A DNA stretch of 64,000 nucleotides, from contig OZ004608.1 in the NCBI GenBank assembly GCA_963924565.1, positions 6,448,001-6,512,000 on the forward strand. Direction: 5' to 3'. The position numbers were made by a program, and so were the translations under genes. Shown piece by piece: positions 1 through 11,300 of the stretch (the stretch's first letter is position 1; every line of letters starts with the position of its first letter). The notes beneath the pieces were generated by a model, which saw only the letters and a program-made list of their open reading frames with translations, was not told where the DNA came from and searched no databases. Source of the stretch: Ascidiella aspersa (Eukaryota).

Positions 1-288
1 CAATTATGCTCGGTTAACATTAGTAATGACGTCAGTTGATACCGGATCGAAGCGCGATGCTTTATCGGTTATCGGAAAAAATGTCAAGTATCGGCCAAAT
101 CTACACGATAAAATAATATTGTGTTGCTATCAAGTTCAAAAAATGTGGGACACTAACATTCTGTGTCAAACTTAACACTTTAAAAAACATTGTTATTTAA
201 GGCCAAGCGTCAATACAAAAAATAGTTTTTTATAAACATTATAGTGAGACGAGTTTTGCATGGATTAGAAGACGTTCCTGGAGTGAAT

Positions 289-3200
289 TTACACCACGTC
301 TTGGTAAGCATCGTTGCTTGGTGATTGGTGGCCATCATTTGTTTGCCCATGCTGACTATTTTCGCCGCCTTCTGTCAGACCGGATGTCACTATTGAGCAT
401 TCACGGTGCTCAATATATCCCGCTTCATCTTGTACGACTGGTAACCGTGGATATGGTTGAACGCAGCCAGTTTCATCACCGTCGTCACTATTCCCTACAT
501 AAAAAAACAAAAAAATGAATTAAGCATTTTTTAAGGGTAAAGTGCTGTGTGTAATGACTGTCAATGACCTTAAGTGCACTTTTTTGTCACATTTTCCTAA
601 TGATTTAACTTGATTACGTCGTTTTGTTAAAATGATTCAAAATATTTTAGACAAATGACTTTACTTTACCTTACGCCATTAATTAAGTTTCTTGGTTTGA
701 AATTAAGGGTTTTACTTTTCTATTTTGCTATAGAATTGAGCTATTATTCTCAAGGTGTACGTGAAAAACCATTAAGTTGCTACATGCTAATATTTGTTGT
801 ATTAGTTAAATTATTGCTCATAATTGGACTAATTTAATTTTTTATCGTTTTAATATTATATTAGGGGTTGATATGATTGGCACATAAGTCTTTGGACACT
901 TGAGTGTGTTTTTTTCAAAAATGACTTGTTTACAACACTGGTAAAATGAAACGATTTTTTTGTAATTCTTACTTGGAACATTTATCGTTATTGAGCTTCC
1001 GGGGTTGAGTTCAAAGAGGCCTGCCTCATTCCGAATCACCGGTAATATGAGATTGGGCTGAACGTAGTCAGGGTCAACGAAATCGTTGCTATTTCCTGTT
1101 TAAATATTGGGCTTTACTTATTAGACAATATAAAGCAGGGGTTCTTAAACTGGGGTCCATGGACCCCTTGGGGGTCCGTGAACCAGTTTTAGGGGGTTCA
1201 TGAAAACCTAATTGAAATATTAGTGTATACTAATGAAGTAAACAATTGATAAACAAAACAATTTAATTCTGAATAAAACGGATTTTCACTGAATGTATTT
1301 AGACTTAATTTCACTTTCCCATTTTTGGACCGAAATCAGCAAACTTATAAAGTTTATTTGTACCGTGACGTCAATTTATGAACTTTTTTGCCTACAGTGG
1401 TCCATGCGAGCTAAAAGAAAATTTTGGGGTCCGCGGTAAAAAAACCTTAAGAACCCCTGATCTAAAGCAAATGCTTTTGGGCAAGTGCCACCACAAACTG
1501 AGACAAGGTCGATTTTAATACGTAAACGTTTAGTTTTTATTTTAACTCTGTGTTCCTAACCGGCAAAGTATTTTATAGTAGTGTATAAAAGAGTGAAAAT
1601 TTTCATACGTGAACATCAATAAAGTTACAGTTAAGTCTTCACTTTTTTAATGGAAACCTTTAACACCTTCGTCGCAAACAACCCCAGCACGATCGGTTGA
1701 GCATTAGTAGACATAGGCTTGACTCGACTGCGCAGTTTCCTATTAAGTGACGAGTGTCGGGAGCGGGACGTTAAAAAAGTGACAGAGATATGAAGACTGA
1801 ACAAAATAAAAAAATCTCCAAGAATTACTGAAATAAGGCAACATACCTAGTTGTTCGTTCGGTGTGAATCTAGCGGCGTTTTGAGTTCTTCTACAAAAAA
1901 AAACATTATTCATGTATAATTGAACATTATAAATTGGATCTAAGCTATATTGTTAAATCGGAATATGTTTCGTTTGTTGAAAGTTTTTCTTATCAATCAT
2001 GCAAGAAGTATTAAACAGGACTGCTGCGAATTCGAACTTTACTGGTTCAAAAATTCCACAAATCCGAAACGAATAAAGAAATTTCAAATATATGGGTGCA
2101 AACTAATTTTACATAAGATGAGTGTAAACGAACAAAAGGGTTTGGGTGCAGTGAATTTACATAAAATTGAAGTAGAAATGTTGCAATTTTTTTATAAATT
2201 GCTTTTTAATGTGTGTCGCGCGTATTTATTATCCGACCTTGCATACCGATAATTTGCAGCGTTTTAGAACAACCTCGTCAAACATTTTAAATCTTTAAAT
2301 CCCTTTCAAGAAAACTGTATGAATGTCGTACTTTTTGAGCCATTGGTGGAATTCGGGTAATTTGTTATTATGATACATTACATTGTTGACAAATAAAAAC
2401 TCGATACGCACTTTCCTGAAGTTATAATTGAATACAATTAAACTTAAGAAAAAAATCAAAATTGTTTGCCAAATTAAATTTGGAATGCTACTTTCAATTC
2501 TCAAAATGTCTTCATAGTCATGTAAGAGTAATAAATCGCTCTGTTTTATTTTTATATATAAACACCTAATACGTAAGCTGTGGACTTTCACTCACCTTAT
2601 ACAAATTCCAACCATCACTGTTACAAAACACAGTATTGCAACATTGACTACAGAAGCAGCCACAATAATGGTCGTAAATTCAGCTCTTTGTATACAAAAA
2701 TGTTTCTTGTAACCTGCAAGTTAAAGAAAATGAAGATCAGTTTAGAACAAGAACTAGAAATGTATCGCATTGCAGTCAAACAAATTGAAATATGACATTG
2801 TTATTACCTGTTGGTGTGAGTTCTTGTGTTTTTTCGAGGTGTTTCTCTCTATTCGTTATGCTTTCGGCATTCGTCAACGGTTCTGCTAACACAGCCATTG
2901 TTTTTAAATAAGTTTAGAGCACTGCTGCATATCATCAAACTTATTCGTTTATCATAACGAGTTTAAGGATTTTACAAATAAAACTCATGGATAAGGTGCA
3001 TTTATAGTTGCTGTATGTAAAACTTTTAAATATCAAAAGTCATATAGCTGTCGAAAATGTAATAATGTTGTGCTAATTTCCCTTTTTGTTTAAAAAGCGT
3101 GGGAATTTGTCCATGCTCCACAAAACCATATAATTTTCTTTTGTATCTATACGTAAATGCAAATTTGTTATCTGAATTAGGTTTCTATGTCTTAGCCCAT

Positions 3201-4185
3201 TAAAAAACGATTTAGCCGAAATGCGTCGGCTACCAATCGCAACAAAACAGAAAAAAAATATCGTGCTTTTGTGTTGCTTTGTGTAAATCAATAATATCTT
3301 TGTTTTGTTGCTTTTGATTTAAAAGTAACTCCTTCAACATAGTGTTTTAACAAAATAAACGAACTGTGTGGTATTCTTAAGGCTACTGGGTCAAGGATTG
3401 CTGAATTCATGGAAGATGGTTTAAAACTAAGTGTAATGCACCACCCACCAAAACGAGAAATATTTTGCACCCCTGCTGTAGGTTTGACAGAATAATTTCG
3501 TATTTCAAAGATAACTAAAAGAAAAATATCGAATTATTTTAAGTGTGCTCACTTGTGATAGGTGTAAGCTATAGAAGTTAACGTTAATCGATTTAATCAC
3601 CTTTAATTGAAATGCGTTTTTCTGTCATCAAAGGCGTTTCTAAAATATATAAGTGCTAATCAGAAAAAAATGAATCAGCTCTCACCAAATTTTCTCTGAC
3701 AAATGTACTTTTCCTTTCTACTGCATCGCATGTCAATCCATTTGTAGTCGGGACCACGTTCCATTGCTGCACAATCCTCACTGAACGTCAAATCATTCGG
3801 TTCTCCAGGAGCCCAATGTTGGTGATATAATCTCGTTCTATCCAACCATTGAAAGGTTTCGTTTGTATCCTTCCTCTTTAGTCCAATGTAATGAGTGCTT
3901 GCTTCATCTAGTGTGGAAATAAAACTAAGGTATTTTTATTATTATTTTGCGTCAGGGTCTATTACCTTCAGTTTTTCGTAAATGCGTTGCTAGAAACTTT
4001 TGAATTGATTCTGATTTAACAATTGCGAGTCTTCCGTACATTCTAACACAAGCTGAAGAAGCATCGTAAAAGTTTAACTTGTTTTTGGTTTCTATGAAAT
4101 ATTCCAAGTTGTCCAGACGATGCCAAACAGCAACAGAACTTTCGGCTGTCTTCAAAAGCACAAGTACTTTCAGAAACGTCCACAT
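289..4185 (-). CDS. Type I transmembrane C-type lectin receptor A1 (EPN-type CTLD, short stalk, QDEAGY-repeat tail)
   Basis: Exons with GT-AG and matching phases: 4185-3966 (MWTFLKVLVLLKTAESSVA signal + CTLD N-half), 3907-3686 (YIGL..WAPGEPND..C..WID..C), 2882-2808 stalk, 2713-2596 TM (TTIIVAASVVNVAILCFVTVMVGICIR), 1890-1847, 1095-973, 494-289 ending DAYQDVV*. Confidence 0.85.
1136..1459. mobile_element. hAT-like MITE
   Basis: TIRs CAGGGGTTCTTAA / TTAAGAACCCCTG, 8-bp TSD ATATAAAG/ATCTAAAG; empty site present in the B and C2 paralog introns (e.g. about 9106-9113). Confidence 0.85.
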
Positions 4186-5697
4186 TGTGGCCTGATTATA
4201 AAAACAAGTTTGCAAATTAAACCAAATTTGCCAATTAGGCCAAATTAAAACTCTGTAGAGCTGCAATTAAATATTTTCCATTTAAAATACAAAGCAGCTA
4301 AAATCCAATAACAAATATGCGACGGAAAAGTTGTAAATATAAAATCCGACTGTTATTACTTGGAAAATTTACGTAAGATTGGCCAAAGGTTAAAGTTGCA
4401 AAGCATTTGTAAATAAAAGCAATCTCTCTGTTTTGATATAACTTCAATGAAGGAATAGAAGCCCTGACGAAAATGACTCGCCTTTTTTTACGTTTATGCA
4501 AATAAGATATTGAAAGCTAATTCATTACCAAAATACTTGTGTGATATTTATATGCGCTCTATAAGAAAGTTGCGAATGTACTAATTCTATTGTTAGATCT
4601 GTTGGTGGTTATTCTGAAGTATTAGTGAACATATCTAGCTATCTAACTTTGTCAATGTTTTATTATGTTTTTTCTCGTAATGCTTGTTTTTCAAACATAA
4701 TTTTACATTTGAGAAAAATTTGAATCTCGGGATAGAACATATTAGAACATAGGAAGTTTCTATAATTTATATTGGGACGATTAAAACCAAGTGCAGGCTT
4801 ATTAACTGCAGGTTTAAAGAGCAAATTGGCCCAGCGAAAAACATTTTAAAATTAGAATTGGCCCAGCGAAAAACATTTTTAAAAGTACATTGATACGAAA
4901 ACCCAGTTCCTTGCACATTCATAAAGGTATGAATAACCAATATATAACGGCAACAGGTTTACATGAATTCAAATATAAAAAACATGTAATGGTTAACTAT
5001 ATTGCACTTTTCTGTTTTATTTGCGACAAAGATATTTTCGGTTTTGTTCAAGTTCCATATTTTACTTAAGTTTAGCACTAACGAATAACTTTCATGCTTA
5101 GCATAAAACGTATCACGAAAAATCACGGGATCTTTCACTTTGTTGTCAAAGCGTAAAAATATATGTTCATTATTTGCATTTTAATATAAATTCACGATAT
5201 TCGACGTGAACGTTGATTAGAATACTCACAAGATACATCGATAACTCTACTTTCAACTGGCATGCTATAGTGAATAATATGTCACATGTCGAAACGGGTT
5301 AAATCAAACAATGTACACCAAGTAATACCACTTATGGACTCGCCCCACTGAATTCAGATTCATAAGAAAGTTGCGTGAAACAATACAACAAATTTTTTTA
5401 ATTTTTTTTTCAGATGCGAATAGTGTGTGATCATTGTTAATAACCATGCACTTACACACTTACCTTGAATCGCGGGTTTCTAACCAGGGATGCTCGCACC
5501 CCCAAGGGGTGCAACAACTGTTCTAAGGGATGCGGGGTGTTGAGTCAAACACCAAAAATGTATTATTGTAATTTATTTCTTTGTTGAAGTAAATGTAAAA
5601 CTTACAATTTGGTATTATTTTACTGTGTTATCGGTTTCTTGTATAAATGTAAAATTACAACGGTTTTATTATTTGAGCAATTATAGAAGTGTGTTCA

Positions 5698-5846
5698 AGA
5701 ATTAGTTGATGATTTGAAGGGATACGAGAATTAGTTGGCGATTTGAAAGCGGTGCGAAAATTATTTGGTGATTTGAAAGGGGTGCAAAAATTAGTTGGCG
5801 ATTTGAAAGCGGTGCGAAAATTAGTTGGTGATTTGAAAGGGGTGCA
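5698..5846. repeat. 30-bp tandem repeat (about 5 units) inside a MITE-like element
   Basis: TTAGTTGGYGATTTGAAAGSGGTGCRAAAA units; explains the repetitive ORFs 5655-5888 and 5743-6048. Confidence 0.85.
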
Positions 5847-6520
5847 GCAAGGAAACAAGTTAAGAGCAACTGCTTTAGGTAATGACAAGATCTACTGTAT
5901 AGCCTTTGCGCCGCAAATCATTAATCCACCGTTGGACACGAGGCTAGATCTACAACAATGGCGTGAAACGGAAAAGCCGCTATTGTCTCTGATACTGTTG
6001 TATAGGCTTTGCGCCGCACTCATTATCTACCACACTCACCTTAGATAATAATAAGATCTATAGACTTTGCAACAACTCATTAATCCTCCGTTAAACACGA
6101 GGCATTGTTTGTAGATCTACAACAATGGCGTTAAACGGGAAAGCCGCTAATGTCTCGGGTCTTTACCGCTCCCCGAAGGGATATGACAAGATTTAGCGCG
6201 TGGGTTTTTTCGGGACAGACAAAATAGCTTGTACTATATGCAACGAATTGACAAGAAGAAGCGTTTTGATATATTGCTTCATAACTATATAAGTTTTGAT
6301 CGCCTTCACCTGCCATTAGTGCTCGCTGATAGCCTTTGTTTGCAACGCTATTTTATTTTTATTAAGTTTTGAGATTATCGCTAAATTTAAAGTTTTACTT
6401 TTGTAAAGTTAGGGTATATCGTCGCATTTCAGAAAAGTCTCATAAATGTGGCAATGCTTTTCTATTTTATCAATTTTTTGTGTTTAGATTCGTAACTCCA
6501 TTTTCTGTTCATTTATCGAG

Positions 6521-6609
6521 ATGACACCGATGTCGGTTTGTTTTCTTTTACTGGGACTGTTGGCCGCATTTCCAGGAACCAACGAGAACATCGTTACAGA
6601 CCCTTACAA
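6521..6609 (+). pseudogene. Signal-peptide first exon of a decayed gene oriented divergently from A1
   Basis: MTPMSVCFLLLGLLAAFPGTNENIVTDP followed by a GTATGT donor. Downstream exon-like blocks at about 7230-7460 and 7540-7670 contain stops. Confidence 0.5.
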
Positions 6610-8384
6610 GTATGTTCTTTAGTGTTAAATTGATGATTGAATATAAAATAGAAACGCTTTGTTATACATGTGGATATATTGCGTTTGTTTAACGCATTTG
6701 TTGCTTTTTGCTATTTTGAAAAAAAAAACATTTGCCGATTCGGAAATTTTGTGTTATAATTTGCCGAGTTACGCACGGCCCATTTTGGCTGATATGGTTC
6801 TTTCAATAAATATTCTGTTGCTACCAGGTATTGTATAATAAAACAAGTATTTGTGCTAAATATTTGTACACAAATATATACCAGAAGAACTTATTTTTTT
6901 TAAGGAATTATTTTCTACTAAAATACAAGATGTGAAAATAGTTATTCCAAAAAATTTCTGCTGCAAAATGTTGATTCGACTCCACTAGCAACACTGTATG
7001 ACCTTAATAACTTCCTAAATTTATGAAAACACATAATTCAAAAAGCTCAGTACATGGTTGCACAGGAAGAGAGAATATAAATTATAAAATGGAAATATTG
7101 TTTTATTTTAGATAACTAAACAAAAATTAAAGGATAAAACTTATGACAAACAGTGGAAAAACAAGTCGATATAATTTATCGCGCTTTAACTATAAATATT
7201 TACAAACATTTCTGCCCAATTTACATCAGATATAAGGATAATTATTCAACGAAACTTTGTATTGAACTACAACGGCGGTTGTCTTTTTCCTTGCTATGGC
7301 CTTGTAAATGGTGACGTAACCAGCGATAAAAATTAAATATTATTGATTGCTTATGTCATCGGCCAGAAACTTTTTTATCTCGGCACCAATTGATCTTTCA
7401 AGAGCTGTTGAAGGTCCACTACGTAAAACGAATGACGCCACAAAACCTTAAATCTGTAAGTAATCTTGCATGCCATGTAATGTGAAAAGGTACGTGTAGT
7501 GTGAAAAGTTATTTTATTTAATAAAAAGAATCCTTTGTAGCGATCATAAGTGACACGGCACAACATGTCATAGTATGTCTAGCGTCGTTGGCTTAAACGA
7601 TTTAATAAAGTATAGTTTTTGGTGCATGGCGAGCATGGTGGCCAGATGAAGCAACAATGAGCAAAAGTAAAAACACTCTTAGCCACACCATCAATTGTGT
7701 GAAAGCCATAAAGCCATTGCAAATTGTGTGAAAGCCATTGTATTTGCTGTCGGCTATTCCGGACGACACCGTTAGTCGCACATGTTTGAATTTTGACGCA
7801 CATATTGGCTTTCGCTTTTTGTGAATATATTTAACTAGCTAACAGTATACTCCTGACCTTATTTGTCGCGCGCCGAATTTAATCACTATTGAGAAAATTA
7901 ATCGATAAATCAAAAAATATTGCTAGAGTTTTGTAAGAATGAGTTGAAATGAACGTCAGGAAAATAATATTACATGGAAATATTCCATTACCGCACAGTT
8001 ATGTTTGCATACGAAACAAAAGCGTTGTACGACTCCCTTAAAAAAGTAAAAAAGGCCCACCATGGCACCTTGACCCACATTTTCAGGGCCAGCTATAAAT
8101 TACATGGGAGAACACTTTTGCGCCGCTTTTAAGTTCCAGAACTGAACCGTGGCCTATCGGCCAAACTCAATACAAGAGGACAATGTTATTTCATGTCAGG
8201 CGTCACTACTGCAAAATCGTGCGGCAGTGTCTATGACTATTTTATAACTATTAAAGTCCTGAGTGAATTTTACACTACGTCTTGGTAAACATCGTTGCTA
8301 GGTGATTGGTGGAGATCACTTGTTTCGCAACGTTGCCTATTCTGGCTATCCTCACAGCCTCTAAAGTCAGACCGGATGCCACTA

Positions 8385-11300
8385 TTAAGCATTCAGGGTG
8401 ATATATCCCGCTTCATCTTGTACGACTGGTAACCTTGGATTTGGTTGAAGGTAGCCAGTTTCATCAACGTCGTCACGGTTCCCTAATTAAAAAAACAAAA
8501 CAATAAAGCTTTCTTTTTCGGGTAAAGTGCAGTGTTGTAATGACTTAGGTCAATGACCTAACTTAAGTGCACTTTTTTGTCACATGTTTTAAATGATTTA
8601 ACTTGATTACTTCGTTTTGTTAAAATGACTCAAAATATTTTAGACCAATGGCTTTACCTTATGACATTAATTAAGTTTCTTGGTTTGAAAGTAAGGGTTT
8701 TACTTTAACATTTTAATATAGAATTGAGCTATTATTCTCGAATTTTGCTTGAAAAACCATTAGATTGCTACATGTTAATACTTATTTTTTAAGCTCATTT
8801 ATTGCTCATAATTGGGATAATTTAAAATATTTACTGGTTTATCGTTTTATTATTATTTAGTGATTAAGTTGACTAGGACTTTTTTGTCTTTCTAAAATGA
8901 CTTGTTTACAACACAGGTAAAGTGAAACGAAAGCTTTTGGGTAATTCTTACTTGGAACACTTATCCTCATTGAGCTTTCGGGGTTGAGTTCAAGGACGCC
9001 TGCCTCATCCCAAATTACTGGTAACATTATATTGGGCTGAACGTAGACAGTTTCAGCAAATTCGTTGCTATTTCCTATTTAAATATTAGGCTTTTATTAT
9101 TATACAATCTAAAGCGAATGCTTTTGGGCAAATGGCACCACAAACTAATAAAATGCCGATTTTAATATGTAAACGTTAATGGGTAAGGGATTGGAAATTT
9201 TCCAACATAAAGTCAAGAAATTAGGTCAAAATGTGACGTGACAAATCTAGTCGAACCTATGTAGCAATGGGGTGGTTTTCGATATATTCAACCAAATCGT
9301 GCTGGGATTGTTGTCCACAAGGCTGTTAAAATGTTCAAATCAAAACAGTGCTCACTAAAGTGCGTTTATTTTCACAGAATCTTAAATCAGAAATCACTAA
9401 AATGGAGAAGAAAAAAAACATCTAATGAAATAGAATCAATCAAATAAGGCAACATACCTATCTGCTCGCTTTCTCTGGATGTGTGTTCACTCCTTCTGGT
9501 CCTTCTATAGCAAATGACATTGATCAGGTGTAAATTAACTTTCTTATTCGGATCAAACTAGGCTTGGTAAGTCTGTCAATTGACCGGTCAAATACTCATA
9601 TTGGATTGAAATGTTGTAAATTTGAGTTTTTCATAATCTTGATTGTAACTTTTTTTAAACAATTTAATTATGAAATGGTAGGGTGTGTTGTGTTGTAATA
9701 ATAAATTGTTTTGCAAAGCAGATTTATTTTGTTTAGAATAAATGCAATTATATGATGAATCGCGTTAATCATAAAAGAAAACAATAGTTGGGGTATACCA
9801 CAATATGAGGCTTCTTAGAAATTAAGAAGAATCAATTGCCTTATCTGATGATTTAGAACAGGGTGGCCCAACTGCAGGCCCTTGGCCCGCGAGTTACGCT
9901 TTATTGGTCCGCGAACTGATAGTCAACTTACCTTACATCTAGCAATATCACTTTAATTGTTGTTTTTTTGTTATTGTAATTGACAAAAAAAACATTTTAA
10001 TGATCCTTTGCGAATTGTAGCACCACTAAGCAAAAGTGTATAATCTCACATGTAATGTAGCATTTATTTTATTGAGTTCACTTCATAAGCATATAGGCTA
10101 CGTATAAAGCAATAATCTTAAGAATCGCTATTTAAAAACATTGGCCCGCAAGATAAAAAAAATAAAAAAACAGTTTTTGGCCCGCAAGATAAAAAAATGT
10201 TTTTGGCCCGCAATGAAAAGATGTTGGACCACGCTGATTTAGAAGATTTAGAGTGACAAAAGTTGTGATGAGGAGTAAAAATATTTTTTACTGATGCATT
10301 TACTTGTTGTTAAATTGCGGTAATAATTTGTTGGCTTAACTTTGTGGTTGTAGTAATGGTAAAAATCACTACAATACTGCTATAGTATTGCTTGCAAGAT
10401 GGGCATGGTTTTACAAAAAAATCTTATTAATAGTTGCAAAATGATGGTTTTTGATTTACAAACCATTGTAATTAAGTCAAAACTTTCATATATTTATTTA
10501 AAGGTAAAATCAAGTTTTTGTTTTAACTTCAATTGCCTTATGATAGTGTGTATAGTATTTGACCTATATTTGACCTATTTGACGAGGATTGTATATGACC
10601 GGTCAAATGACAACCCTAGATCTAACCTAATATTATTTATTCGGATTATGTTTAGTTCGTTGAAAGTTATTCTTATCATGCAACAATAATTAAACAGGAC
10701 TGCTGCCAATTCAAAGTTTACTGGTTCTGATAAATTCCAATTATCCGAAACACATAAAAATATCAACAATTTGCATGCAACTGAATTTTAAATAAGGAGG
10801 AATGGGAACGAACACAGCGTTCAAGTGTAACAATCTGGAGTTAATTTACATGTGGAACTGAAAATAAATGTAGAAATGTTGTATGTTTATAAATTGCTTT
10901 TCAATGTATTCCGCGTATTTATTTTCAGAACCTGCTTACCTATAATTTGCAGCGTTTTCAATAAACGTCGACAATTATATTTTAAATCCCTTTACAAAAT
11001 CTCGCACTCATATTTTTTATTTTTTTTTTGAAGAGTAATGACGCAAAACACGATTCGTAAATGTGTAACAATATGCGAGACACCGTTGGGTCGTATGGTT
11101 TTAGACATAGCTTCTTGATTTGGCAAAACTGTATGTAGACTAAGTCTACGATTTGCATCGCTTCTGCCAATGAGCACTGCTAATTTGTACATTATGGTGC
11201 ACTTTACCAACCTTATGCAAAGCACGGCAATAACAATCACTGCACAGCAAAGCAGCACAACCCCGCAAATTGATGCTGCCAGTATGGTAGTTTGGTGCTG

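Noticed and set aside
289-310. C-terminal YQDV as an ITIM
   Set aside because: The Y-2 residue is Asp, not S/I/V/L; treated only as a YxxV or PDZ-type motif.
5655-6048. Repetitive ORFs (FKSPTN / LVGDLK repeats)
   Set aside because: By-product of a 30-bp tandem repeat within a MITE-like element; no splice context.
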